Assembly (NCBI GenBank): GCA_963737635.1
Contig: CAVTTL010000001.1
Coordinates: 864,001 to 928,000, forward strand
Length of the DNA stretch: 64,000 bases
Source of the DNA: an uncultured Methanoregulaceae archaeon
GTDB taxonomy: Archaea > Halobacteriota > Methanomicrobia > Methanomicrobiales > Methanospirillaceae
Direction: 5' to 3'
Below the pieces are notes generated by a model. That model searched no databases. It was not told the origin of the DNA and saw only the letters and a list, made by a program, of their open reading frames with translations. Shown here one piece after another: positions 44,309 to 55,758 of the stretch. The position numbers and the translations under genes were made by a program. Position 1 is the first letter of the stretch; every line of letters begins with the position of its first letter.

Positions 44309-45708
44309 TCACAAAAAGGTATAGGTCTCAGGTGCGAGGGTCTGGAGATCGACCATCACGGCCTGCGCCGGGGTCGGGTTTACGTTCATCTGTTTCTGGA
44401 ATGCGGTCTGGGATTGCCATGTGCCGGCATTGATCCCGAGTACCCCCCGGTACTGGGTAAGCCCCCGGATATGGACATGGCCCGTGTGGAGTATTTCCGG
44501 CAATGGGTCGATGATGAGACGGTCTGATTTTCCTGCAGCGATTGGGGTGCGCCTGCCGTACGCCGGAGCGAGGTGCCGTCGCTGGAGCATCTCCTCCATC
44601 ATCTTCCCGCTCTGTTCATAGGACGCCCCCGGGATAAGCCCGATCATGTCATCGATCGACCGGCCGTGGTACATCAGTACCCGCACGCCCTGCAAATTCA
44701 CCAGCGCCGGGTTCTCGACGAGCATGCAATTCCCGGGGAATTTTCTGGTGAACTGCTCCGGGATCACCGGCTGGGGCTCTGCACCCCGGACCACATCGTG
44801 GTTACCCGGCGCGACGATGATCTTGATCCGGTGCGGTATTGCGCTGATCATCTCGCCAAACGCGTCGTACTGTTCGTATATGTTTTTAATCGTCAGTTCC
44901 TGCTCCTGCCCCGGGAAGACTCCGATCCCATCCACGAGATCGCCTGCGATGAGGAGATACGAGGCATCGGACTCCCCGATCCAGTCGATAAACCGGTTCC
45001 AGCAGTCCGTAAGGAACGTATTGCTCCCCACGTGGACATCAGAGATAAAAACCGCCTTCCCCGGCTGTTCGCTTAAAAATGGTTTATTATCGATCCTGAT
45101 ATCGGGCCGGAACATCTGTTCAGCGAAAAAAAGACGGCCGTCGTTTGAGAGTTTGCCCTTGACCCCTATCACTTCGTCTGGGATCAGACGCTCTGCATCG
45201 GCAAAGACCGGCCTGTCCTTCCGGAACAGCACCGAAAGGTTTGCCTGGGTGTCCTCAATCTCGGCGATCCGGTGACCGTTTGTGGTGGTCTTGACATCAG
45301 ACACCATGCCGATCACCGTGCACTCTTCCTGCCGGTACCGGGACGAACGGATGAGCCCTTCGATCGGCATCGTCCCCACGCACCGGCTCCGGATCATACC
45401 GCCGAGCCGGCTGTACCTGTCGCGGAAATAGTGGAGATAGTCTGCGGTACCGTTGATGCTTCCGGATGTACCCGGCTCCCGGAAACGATCTCGACAGAAG
45501 GGTCGGATAAAAAGCGCATACCGTCACGGGTTGCGTTCATGCCCGGGATATGTTTTGCCGAGACGACCACGGTATCTTCCGGGACACCGGCGATGATGCG
45601 GTCGATCAGCTCCGGGTTGTCCTGCTCCTGAATGTATCGCACCACATCGGGATGCACCTGGAGCCGGGTATCGAGGAACCGGAGCGTGATCTGCTGCGCA
45701 TCGAGCAT
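44309..45708 (-). CDS. polB: DNA polymerase D small subunit DP1 (indel near 45475)
   Basis: OB fold, ISDVHVGS, AGDLVDG, PGNHD, YHGRSIDD, RRHLAP, HTGHVH, WQSQT. Confidence 0.93.
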
Positions 45709-45842
45709 AAGATAGTATAAAGCTGTACCGGGAAAAAAGATGATGCTATTCTGCATTCGCCCGGTCAGGAGAGAACTCTTGATATCGTCATCCGCCAAAT
45801 CCTGTTCACCTTACGGGCGCTCCCGGAAGAACTCCCGATACC

Positions 45843-46469
45843 ATGCTTGATACGCTCCAGATGTTTGTGCTGGCATTTATCGTCGGCCTGACCGGCGCAC
45901 TTGCACCGGGCCCTACGCTCGTAGCCACCATCAACGCATCGATGGCCGGCGGCTGGACAATAGGCCCGCGGGTTACCTTCGGGCATATGCTTTCTGAACT
46001 TATCGTCGTTATCCTGATTGTGGCCGGCCTCGGTACTGTCGCCCTGCAGTACACAACAGCAGTAGCGGTTATAGGTGGCGTGGCACTGATTCTGTTTGGT
46101 CTCTTCACGGTTGCCGGAAGCCGGCAGGTTTCTTTAGCGGGCAGCGAAGGCCGGGAGTCGGTCATCATAAAAAACCCGTACTTTGCTGGCTTTATGACTA
46201 GCGTCGCAAATCCGTATTTCTGGATCTGGTGGCTGACGGTCGGGGGCGCGATGGTGATCGCCGGGCTTGCCGGTGGGCTTTTTCTTGCCTGCGTCTTCAT
46301 GGCCGGGCACTGGTGTGCCGATCTCGGGTGGTACACGGTAATCTCAACCGGCATATCAAAGGGAAAGACCCTCCTCTCCGACACCACATACCGGCGTATA
46401 ATGCTTTCATGCGGACTCTTTCTTGTGATCTTTGGGAGTTATTACCTCCTGCGTATCGTTTATCCCTAA
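45843..46469 (+). CDS. LysE family translocator
   Basis: GALAPGP, GH..SE, NPYFWIWW; six TM segments. Confidence 0.88.
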   Translation: MLDTLQMFVLAFIVGLTGALAPGPTLVATINASMAGGWTIGPRVTFGHMLSELIVVILIVAGLGTVALQYTTAVAVIGGVALILFGLFTVAGSRQVSLAGSEGRESVIIKNPYFAGFMTSVANPYFWIWWLTVGGAMVIAGLAGGLFLACVFMAGHWCADLGWYTVISTGISKGKTLLSDTTYRRIMLSCGLFLVIFGSYYLLRIVYP

Positions 46470-46535
46470 AGAGGGATGCGGACCGGAAAAGGGTGCGCTA
46501 TATTAACAAAAAACGCCAATAGAGACCGCTAAGGA

Positions 46536-47492
46536 ATGGCAGAAAAAGAAGAGTCTCGGGATATCCGCTCGATGATCAAGGCGTTCCGGACGAGTGAGCA
46601 CTGGGCAGCTTCCCTTGCCCGCGATCTTCTCTGGGTCGTCGCAGTGGTCGGGTGCATAGCACTTGCCCTTTACCTGATCTGCGGGACATGGCCGGCAGTT
46701 GTTACCGTAGAATCGGGAAGCATGGAACCCCATATGAACATCGGGGATCTGGTCGTGGTGGTGCAGCAGGACCGGTTCGGGCCTGTCCAGACTTGGGATG
46801 AGGCCAAGGCGACGGGATATAAGAAGTTCGGCGACTACGGCGACGTGATCATCTACAGACCTGACGGCCAGACAGATTTCTGGGCCTCAATCGGCCTGCT
46901 GCCGCTCTCCAGCCAGCATCCGATCATCCACCGGGCCATGACCTGGGTCAACGCCGGCCAACCCGAACCGTCCTATCTCAATCCCTATGGGGGGGAAGTA
47001 ACCCCGACTGAATATATTCCCCTTGCAACAAGCAACACCACTACGTTCGGGTACTACCTCCTTTACCCTGAAAATGCAACCCCCCCGGAAAATATCTCTG
47101 CAGACGCACGAGGTATAGGATTTTCCACAGTGGATACGAGATATTTCCTTCCCGATCAGTATGTAGTCAGCGATCAGGGGTACATCCGCTATTCTGACCC
47201 CACTATCCATGGTGGCTATATCACCAAGGGAGACAATAACCAGGTCAGCGATGAAGGCTATCTCACGATCAATAACAACCAGACCATCGAACCGGTGGAA
47301 AAAAACTGGGTCGTAGGAAAAGCCCTCTTCACGATTCCCCTTATTGGCCTGCTGCCGCTCCACATCTGGTGGGTCATCGTTGTTGTTATTGTGGCGATAG
47401 TTCTCTGGGACTGGTACGCGAAAAAGAAGGAAGAAGCCCCCGCCAGAAAGACCAGGAAATCAAAGCAAAAGAGCTCCCGATCAAAGAAATAA
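46536..47492 (+). CDS. Signal peptidase I, S26B/Sec11 type, with large insertion
   Basis: VESGSMEP, GDLV, PIIHRA, ITKGDNN; N- and C-terminal TM anchors. Confidence 0.88.
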   Translation: MAEKEESRDIRSMIKAFRTSEHWAASLARDLLWVVAVVGCIALALYLICGTWPAVVTVESGSMEPHMNIGDLVVVVQQDRFGPVQTWDEAKATGYKKFGDYGDVIIYRPDGQTDFWASIGLLPLSSQHPIIHRAMTWVNAGQPEPSYLNPYGGEVTPTEYIPLATSNTTTFGYYLLYPENATPPENISADARGIGFSTVDTRYFLPDQYVVSDQGYIRYSDPTIHGGYITKGDNNQVSDEGYLTINNNQTIEPVEKNWVVGKALFTIPLIGLLPLHIWWVIVVVIVAIVLWDWYAKKKEEAPARKTRKSKQKSSRSKK

Positions 47493-47519
47493 TCTGACCC
47501 TCCTGCCGACGTGACGAGC

Positions 47520-48609
47520 ATGGTTCCTGCACTTACTCCCCTCCTTCGCGATGTAGGGGCCGGTCACCGACTTACACCTGAAGAGGGTGAATTCCTCATG
47601 AAGACGACCGGCCGCGATGTCTTCCGGGTGACCGCCGCAGCCGACGAAATGCGCGAAAAAAAAGTCGGGGATGTCGTAACGTATGTCAGGAACCAGAACC
47701 TGCATGTGACCAACATCTGCAAGAACCTCTGCGGGTTCTGTGGTTTTGGGAAGAAAGCGACCGATCCCGAAGCCTATTGTCTCGATCGCGAGGAGATACA
47801 GGCCGGAGTCCAGCTTGCACAAAAACGCAAAGTTACCGAAGTCTGTTTCCTTTCCGGTGTTAACCCCGCGTTCGATCTCGAAAGCTATACAGGTCTTATC
47901 ACCGCGGTTCATGAGATCGCCTCGGAGATCCACGTCCACGCATTCAGTCCCGACGAGGTGGCTCATGCGGCCCGGAAAGGCCGTTGCACGACGACAGAGG
48001 TTCTCGCGGCACTCAAGAATGCTGGCCTTGGATCCCTTCAGGGAACCGCAGCAGAGATCCTCATCGAACCGGTCCGAAAGGTGATCTGCCCCAAGAAAGT
48101 TTCCGGCGCTGAATGGACGAGGATCATCAGGGAGGCACATGCGTTAGGGATACGGACCTCTGCCACGATCATGTACGGCTCGTATGAAACAGCCCGTGAC
48201 CAGGTGAATCACCTGGCGATCCTCCGGGAGATCCAAGATGAGACCCATGGGTTTACCGAGTTCATCCCCATGTCGTATATCCACGCCAACACCCCGCTTT
48301 ACACGTCCGGCATCGCAAGAGCCGGGGCGACCGGGAGAGAAGACCTGTTAATGATCGCCGTTTCCCGGCTCTTTCTCGACAATTTTGACAATGTCCAGGT
48401 CTCGTGGGGCAAGCTCGGGCTTAAGATGACCCAGCTTGCACTCCTGTGCGGTGGCAATGATCTCGCCGGCACGATGTTTACCGATGAGGTCTCTGTAGAT
48501 GCAGGGGCTGGCGATGCGAGCTACCTTGATCCTGCAGTCATGGAAAGGATGACAGCTGGATCTCGGCCGGACGCTCCGGCAGCGGACGACCCTCTATGAG
48601 CTGATGTGA
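47520..48609 (+). CDS. cofH: FO synthase subunit CofH paralog 1 (indel near 48555)
   Basis: VTYVRNQN, radical SAM CKNLCGFC, GTAAEIL, ATIMYG, QDETHGFTEF, QVSW. Confidence 0.88.
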
Positions 48610-48654
48610 GTAACAGAGGACCGGAGTCAGGTGGAAGGCGATCAGACTCTATCT

Positions 48655-49995
48655 TCAACTATCTGAATGAATTCCCCGGTCATGCATTGTCTCGGTGTTT
48701 TTCAGACGGAAGATAAACTCAGTACCGTTATCCGCCCGGACATTGATATCCGCCCTGAGCTGGTGGCAGGCAAGAAAGTTCACCAGTTTGAGGCCGAGTG
48801 ATTTTGATTTCAGGGGATCGAATCCCTCCGGTAATCCGCGGCCGTTATCAGCCACGGTGAGGACGTCCGTCCCATCTTCGTGGGAAAGCGAGACCTGTAT
48901 CGTACAGGGTTCCCCCCGTACAGCCATACAGTCAAACCCCGGCGGGAATGCGTACTTGAACGAGTTGGTTACCAGTTCGTTGATGATCAGGCCGGCAGGG
49001 GTAGCCCGGTCGATGTCGAGAGCCACTTCATGGACATCAACGGTGGTCCGGATCTTCCAATTCTCTGAGTACGTGCCGGCGATCTGGGTGACCAGGTTAT
49101 TCAGGTATATCTCCATATTGACGTTTGAAAATTTTCCGGTCCGGTACAGGGTCTCATGGATCAGGGCCATGCTTCGGGCACGGTTCTGGAGGTCCTTCCG
49201 GAGAGCCGTGCCCTCTTCGGTCTTCTCATAGGAGCCATCAAGACTCAGAAGCGAAATGAACGCGGTTAGGTTATTCTTTACACGGTGATGTACCTCAGAG
49301 AGCAGGATCTCTTTCTCTTTGAGTGCCATGGTAAGCCGCGCTTCATTTTGCCGCAGTTTTTCCTGCGCGACGGTAATTGTTTCGTAGGCGGTTTTGAGTT
49401 CATCAAGATCGTGACTTTTGAGAGCCAGGCTCTCCTCAGCTCTTACGCGATCAGTGATATCGCTGATTGCCATGCGGATGACTGGTTCCGCATCCCCAAT
49501 CTTGATCCGGATGCTTTCCAGCCTTGCATTGATAACTAAACCGTCACTTTTCCTGAGTCTCAACGCGCAAATCCGCTTGTCTTCGGTGCGCAGAACGCTG
49601 GCAAAATACTGGTTCCAAAGATCACGGTCATCGTCTGCGACAAATTTCCTGAACCGGCTTTTGATCAGTTTCCGTCGGTCAACCTCAAGGATTGTTGCCC
49701 CGGTGAGATTTCCTTCAATAATCACCGCATTTTTCGTGAGAGTCAGGTACCCGACTGGGGCAAATTCATACAGGTCGGCGTACTTGTCGCGAGATTCTTC
49801 AAGAGCGCATTGCGCTTCACGGAGGGCCTCATTCTGCATTTCCAGCTCAATCTGGTGGACATGAAGCTCATGTACTATCTCTGCAGAAGTGCTATCGGTG
49901 ACCCCGGGGGAAACCGCCTGATGCTCTGCATAGCGCTTTTCCGCAGCCTGCCGTAGGTCTTGCTTGTTCTTGGTTTCCCCGGTTTTTGACCGCAC
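48655..49995 (-). CDS. PAS + HisKA_2 sensor histidine kinase (start possibly further upstream, near 50110)
   Basis: ELHVHQIELEMQNE coil, PAS (YEFAPVGY), EVHHRVKNNL, NELVTNSFKYAF, DNGRG, SLGL. Confidence 0.9.
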   Translation of the reverse strand: MRSKTGETKNKQDLRQAAEKRYAEHQAVSPGVTDSTSAEIVHELHVHQIELEMQNEALREAQCALEESRDKYADLYEFAPVGYLTLTKNAVIIEGNLTGATILEVDRRKLIKSRFRKFVADDDRDLWNQYFASVLRTEDKRICALRLRKSDGLVINARLESIRIKIGDAEPVIRMAISDITDRVRAEESLALKSHDLDELKTAYETITVAQEKLRQNEARLTMALKEKEILLSEVHHRVKNNLTAFISLLSLDGSYEKTEEGTALRKDLQNRARSMALIHETLYRTGKFSNVNMEIYLNNLVTQIAGTYSENWKIRTTVDVHEVALDIDRATPAGLIINELVTNSFKYAFPPGFDCMAVRGEPCTIQVSLSHEDGTDVLTVADNGRGLPEGFDPLKSKSLGLKLVNFLACHQLRADINVRADNGTEFIFRLKNTETMHDRGIHSDS

Positions 49996-50308
49996 TACGT
50001 CCTTCGCGGGGTGCCGGCCGCCAGTGTTATTGATAAGGCTCCTGCTCCCAGAGTGGACGTCCCCGGATTTTTTTATGTGCGCAGGTTTGGATTGTTTACC
50101 CTTTTTCGTTATCTATCATCTCGTGTGAATATATTAACGAACGATTAAAACTCATGTTATGGTGTAGAATGCGGGGGTAACGGGATAAACATATTGATAA
50201 TGCGTAGCTAAACATGCAACCCGGATTATAAGTCGCCGGAATCTTTCATTACATAATGATCCTGAATTGTGATATTCAAGCTGAATGAACCTTTTCCGGG
50301 GCACCATA

Positions 50309-53306
50309 TCAGGCAACCCGGGCTTTTTTGACTCCTACCTTCGTCGATTTATGGGTCGTAATGTCTTCCATTGCGAGGAGAATGAGACGGGACTCGCCAC
50401 TGTCGCTGAGAATGCGGCGGCCATTCAGTAGCATTTTCCGTTTTCCAATACTAAGGAATTCATGGTCAACTTCTATGTTCTCAAAATTGGTTTTTTCGGG
50501 AAGGACAATTTCCAGCAGTTCACGGAGCTTTGGGATATTCCACTGCTGGTTGCCTCAGCTCGAAAAGAGTACGCCCGATCGTTTCTTCAGGCGCCATCCG
50601 GAACGTGGAGTAAAAGGACCGGCTCGCAGAGACGACCTTAAACTCAGGATCAAGTACGACGAGTGGTTCACGTATAGTATCGATGACGTTTTCTGCAAGC
50701 TCGCGGGCACGGCGGGTTTCTAACCCCATCGATTTTATTGCAGTGATATCGGTAAAGGTGATCACCACCCCTTCGATTACATTCTCTAAAGTACGGTAGG
50801 GGCTGAAGTGAGCGAGATACCACATGTTATCCGTGGTCTGTACCTCCTTTTCCCGGGGGACCATGGTATCCAGCACTTCCTGCGCATCGGTTACGATATC
50901 CCCGGAAATAAGAGTGGACTTGATGTCGGCGAGGGGACGCCCCACATCAGTGGCAACCAACCGGAAGACACGCACTGCCTCCCGGGTGAACCGTTTAACA
51001 GAAAGGTTCTCATCTAAAAATATCGTCCCTATGTTTGTGCTGTCAAGAAGGTTTTTCATATCGTTCTGAATGTCGGTGAGCTGTTCGATCTTTGCCTGCA
51101 GTTCCGCATTGACGGTTACAATCTCTTCATTGACGGACTGGAGTTCCTCCTTTGAGGTTTCGAGTTCCTCATTTGTGGATTGCAATTCTTCGTTTGTTGA
51201 CTGGAGTTCTTCGTTTGTCGATTTGAGTTCTTCGTTTGCAGCCTGCATTTCGATCAGGTTTGCCTGCATATTCTCCTTTGTATACAAAAGCTCCTGCTCA
51301 AGCTCATCCACTCTCTTCGACTGCCCTATCCTTGCCGACGTCCTGCGGTGTGGGGATTTTTCCTTATCTTCCGGTTCTGCGTCCCCGAAACTCACGATCA
51401 GAATCTCTTTTGCAGTACCAGGGTCAGTGAGTGGACGGACTGTAACGTCGACATGATGCATCCCGCCGTTTATCCTGACCGGCAATCCCGGGGCGATCGC
51501 TTGGGTCTTATTCTTTACCGCGGTATGGATGGCTTTGCGCAATCCCAATTGCAGCCCTTCGCGGGCCATGTCTGTGACATTCAGATTCGCCTGGCCAGGG
51601 GCTGGGCGGAGATAATTTCCGGTGTCTCCGTGCACATAGAGTATGTTGCCCTCATCATCGACGATCACAGAGGGGGGTGCATAGGTCTGGAGGAGGATTC
51701 CCCGTGTAAGTTCGACAAAGTTTGTTTCCTTTGGTTTCGTGGCCAGATCCTGCTTGCCATACCCGGTTTGACCGGGAGTTATGGGGAAGTTGAAATGTTC
51801 TTCTGTGCGGGCAGGAAGGATTAATTTTCGGGCATGGTAGAACTTCCACTTCCTGTTGATCGGGGCAAAGAGATCGATGAACCGCCCGATACTCTCTGAG
51901 GGGCTGATAAAGAGGATGCCGCCGGGGTTCAGGGCATAGTGGAACACCGGGATCAATCGGTTCTGAAGTTCCGGTTCAAAGTAGATCATGAGATTACGGC
52001 AGCTGAGCAGGTCAAGCCGGGTGAACGGGGGGTCCTTCGTCACGTCCTGCACAGCAAAGACGACTATCTCCCGGATCTCTTTTTTTATCTGGAAACCGGT
52101 CTCTTCCTTGGTAAAAAACCTCCTGAGCCGTTCCGGGGAGATATCGATCGAGATATTGGGAGGATACATTCCGCTCCGGGCAACCGCAATCGCGTCTTCG
52201 TTGATATCTGTGCTGTAGATCTGGACTTTAAACGGGTGCCGGGCAGTATCCAAACATTCCCGGAAGATCATGGCGATGGAGTATGCCTCTTCGCCGGTCG
52301 CACAACCGGCTACCCAGACCCTGAAAACATAGTTCTCAGGCTTGTTTTCTAAGAGCGGGGGGAGGATCTCGGTTTTCAGGATCTCGAAGGCTTCCGGGTC
52401 ACGGAAGAAACTGGTTACATTAATGAGGAGTTCCTTGAAGAGGAGGCGAACCTCGGATGGGTTCTCGGCGAGGTACCGGGCATACGCATCAGGGTCATCA
52501 ATGGTATGCATGCCCATGCGCCGTTCGATGCGGCGGCGGATCGTGGTCGGCTTGTACAAGGAAAAATCGTGACCGGTTTTTGTCCGGAGAACCATCAGAA
52601 TTTTGGTAAAAGGGTGTTTTCCTTCCGGGGTGGGAAGAGGAGAGGGAATCTTGAGAGTCAGGTAATTATGAACGTAATCTGCAATTTCCTTGTATATCTT
52701 CTCTACCGGCAGAACAAACGTGGCGAGACCGCTCTGGATCGCACTCGTGGGCATACTATCGTATTTCGCTGTCGCAGGATCTTGTACAAATGAGACCCCA
52801 CCGGCACCTTGCACCGCCCGAAGACCGAGGGTTCCATCAGTTCCGCTTCCTGAGAAGATTGCAGCTATAGCCTTCTCCCCGGCGTCTTCTGCGAGGGATC
52901 GCAGGAAAGTGTCGATCGGCATTCTCTGTCCCCGCAGCTGGCCAGGGACGCTGAGCTGGAGCGTTCCGTGGAAGATGGTCAAGTCCCGGTTCGGCGGGAT
53001 AACATAGACATGGTCAGGCTCAACAATCATCTGGTTTCCGGCCTCAACGACCGGGATACTCGTGACCCGTTGCAGGATCTCCACAAGCATGCTCGCATGG
53101 TCAGGGTCGAGGTGGGATACCAGGATAAACGCCATGCCGCTGTTAGGAGGGATCTCCTTAAAAAAGACCTCGAACGCTTCGAGTCCACCGGCCGATGCAC
53201 CGATTCCAATAGTGGGAAAACCGGTTTTCACATCAGGTTTCTTTACCACATCGGGGTGTTTCTTAGAGGTTCTGGCTTTTTTTGGTCCGGGGGTCTTCTT
53301 CGTCAT
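50309..53306 (-). CDS. CheB-CheR fusion with coiled coil and PAS domains (indel near 50556)
   Basis: CheB triad GASAGG/SHL/GTDG; CheR INVTSFFRD, GCATGEEAYS, SCRNLMIY; NEELQST repeats; PAS tail GNQQWNIPKLRELL recovered after a frame change. Confidence 0.9.
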
Positions 53307-53639
53307 AGTTATCTTCTCATCATCGCATCGTTCAACTTGCAAAAAGTTCCCATTTTTATACGATTTGTACCTGCAGGAATCATTGGATTTGCCCTTTACG
53401 GTATTGCATATACCGGGATTTCCCCAGCATTTTACTTAGGTGATTTCATAATGGGCACTATGTTTTTTAGGGATGATAATATATACGTCCGTTATGAATT
53501 CCCCAATTGATGAAAAATCGGTCACCAACAACAGACTGACGGCAGCTGTTTAATTGATCGTTTTTGAGGGAGTAAATCCCTCAATTGGCTTCTAGTATTA
53601 ATAACTGAAAAAAAGTACAGCATCTTCGTACAGGTTCAA

Positions 53640-53939
53640 TCACAGCAGTTCCAGCGCTTCCTTGCCGGTCATCCCGTTTTTGATCCCGCGACTCATCGCC
53701 CCACGGTTTGCCTCTTTTATAATACCGGTGAGGATATCGTTGGTGTTCACGATCGAGGGACCATTTGCGGGGCGGACTTTCGCTGCCGGGTAGCTGAACG
53801 AATCCAGTGCCGCCACATCAAATGCACCACACCCAACCATTCCTACATCGGTGACGACAGTAACAAGGTTCGCCGGCCCCAGAGGGATGACATACCCATC
53901 GGCGACCTTGTGCGACAAACGAACGGTGACTTTTTCCAT
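53640..53939 (-). CDS. YunC/DUF1805 family protein
   Basis: GMVGCGAFDV, AAKV, GI..GMTGKEALELL. Confidence 0.75.
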   Translation of the reverse strand: MEKVTVRLSHKVADGYVIPLGPANLVTVVTDVGMVGCGAFDVAALDSFSYPAAKVRPANGPSIVNTNDILTGIIKEANRGAMSRGIKNGMTGKEALELL

Positions 53940-54058
53940 AACGCTCTGAAATTGACGTTAGTGTCGCGGCGTTATAAGTATACTGGGGAAGAAAGGCAAT
54001 ACGATAGATTTTACGTTACGTATGACACAGTGTGACACACAGGACGAAAGGTGACGGC

Positions 54059-55147
54059 ATGGACAGGGCTCTCTCAACTATCCTCTCTGATGCAGCAGGC
54101 GGGAACCGGATCAGCGAAAAGGATGCGATGCGCCTTTTTGCCACACAGGATCGCGATGTCTGGAAGATCGCCGCCGCCGCTGATGAAAAGCGGGAAAATA
54201 TCGCCGGTGACGCCGTAACCTATGTCCGCAACCAGAACATCAATGTGACTAACATCTGCATCAATGCCTGTGGGTTCTGCGGTTTTTCCAAGAAGCCGGG
54301 TGACGAAGGATCCTATTTCCACAATGAAGAGGTAATCCGGGAGAAAGCCGCCCTTGCAAAGTCCCGCAATGTTACTGAAATCTGCACGGTCAGCGGCCTG
54401 CACCCGGCATTTATCGCGCAGTCCTATATCGACGTCTACCGCTGGATCAGCGAAGCTGCGCCGGGAGTGCATCTCCACGCGAGCAACCCGATGGAGGTCG
54501 CCTATGCCGCGAGAAAGAGCGGGATCGATACAAAAGCGGTACTCACCGCGATGAAAGGGGCGGGTCTTGCTTCTATGTGCGGGACAGCTGCTGAGATCCT
54601 CGTCGATCCTGTCCGCGAGAAAATCTGCCCGCAGAAGATTTCGACTGCGGAATGGGCGCGTATCATCCGGGAGGCGCACCACATGGGTATTCCCACGACT
54701 GCGACCATCATGTACGGTCACTGTGAGAGTAATGCGGACCGGATACGCCACCTCGCCATCCTCAGAGAGATCCAAGATGAGACCCACGGGTTTACAGAAT
54801 TTGTCCCGCTTTCGTTCATCCACATGAATACACCAATCTTCCGGGAGGGGATAGCCCGGGCGGGAGCGACCGGCCGCGAAGATCTCCTGATGGTTGCGGT
54901 CGCGAGGCTCTTTCTGGACAATTTCAAAAATATTCAGGTCTCATGGGTCAAGGAAGGGATCAAGATGGCGCAGTTGGGCCTTCTCGCCGGCGCAAACGAC
55001 CTTGGCGGCACGATGTTCGAAGAGAGTATCTCCAAAGGGGCCGGAGCATCCAACACCGATTACCTCGATCCGGCCGAGATGCAGCGGATTGCAGAAGACC
55101 TTAGGCGGACGCTCTGCCGGCGTACAACTCTCTATCAGCTGGTCTGA
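54059..55147 (+). CDS. cofH: FO synthase subunit CofH paralog 2
   Basis: VTYVRNQNIN, CINACGFC, GTAAEIL, QVSWVKEG, GANDLGGTMFEESIS. Confidence 0.9.
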   Translation: MDRALSTILSDAAGGNRISEKDAMRLFATQDRDVWKIAAAADEKRENIAGDAVTYVRNQNINVTNICINACGFCGFSKKPGDEGSYFHNEEVIREKAALAKSRNVTEICTVSGLHPAFIAQSYIDVYRWISEAAPGVHLHASNPMEVAYAARKSGIDTKAVLTAMKGAGLASMCGTAAEILVDPVREKICPQKISTAEWARIIREAHHMGIPTTATIMYGHCESNADRIRHLAILREIQDETHGFTEFVPLSFIHMNTPIFREGIARAGATGREDLLMVAVARLFLDNFKNIQVSWVKEGIKMAQLGLLAGANDLGGTMFEESISKGAGASNTDYLDPAEMQRIAEDLRRTLCRRTTLYQLV

Positions 55148-55205
55148 TCTTACCTCTTTTGCCCGGTATTTTTATTCTGGTGGATTCAACCGGTAAATCG
55201 GTACC

Positions 55206-55664
55206 ATGAGAAGAAAAGACCAGGAGATCACGGATCGCGGCATAATGGAATCGATCCTCAACAGTGCAGAGGTGTGCAGGATTGCACTAGCTGAGAAGAA
55301 TGAACCTTACCTCGTGCCGGTCTGTTTTGCGTACAAGGACAATGCGATTTATTTCCACTCTGCACCGGCGGGAAAAAAGATCGATATGCTGACCAAAAAC
55401 CCGCGCTGCTGTGTCGAGGTGGACAGCTCTTCCGGCCCAATCAAAAGAGACGATCCCTGCAGCTGGGAGATGCGATATATGAGTGTCATCTGTACCGGAA
55501 ACGCCCGGATCCTCACCGGATATAAGGAAAAATGTGCAGCGATGAACTGTATTCTGCGGCATTATGGCAGCCCGGAACACCCGTTTTCAGAAAAAGAGAT
55601 GGAAAGGGTTTGCCTGGTGAAGATCTCTCTTGACGGGATGACCGGGAAACACTACGGTTACTGA
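55206..55664 (+). CDS. Pyridoxamine 5'-phosphate oxidase-like/NimA flavin-binding protein
   Basis: MRRKDQEI, PYLVP, IYFHSA..GKK, YMSVI..G, MTGK. Confidence 0.88.
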   Translation: MRRKDQEITDRGIMESILNSAEVCRIALAEKNEPYLVPVCFAYKDNAIYFHSAPAGKKIDMLTKNPRCCVEVDSSSGPIKRDDPCSWEMRYMSVICTGNARILTGYKEKCAAMNCILRHYGSPEHPFSEKEMERVCLVKISLDGMTGKHYGY

Positions 55665-55758
55665 GGGCGGCTCTTTTCAATCGTGATGGGGGAGAAGCAG
55701 CTGGACGATCTTGTCTCCCCGCTCTTGTTGCATACGCCAGGCCTTTGTATTCTTCATA

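Noticed and set aside
51120-51240. 21-bp periodic repeats as CRISPR or VNTR
   Set aside because: They encode the NEELQST heptads of the CheB-CheR coiled coil and have no unique spacers.
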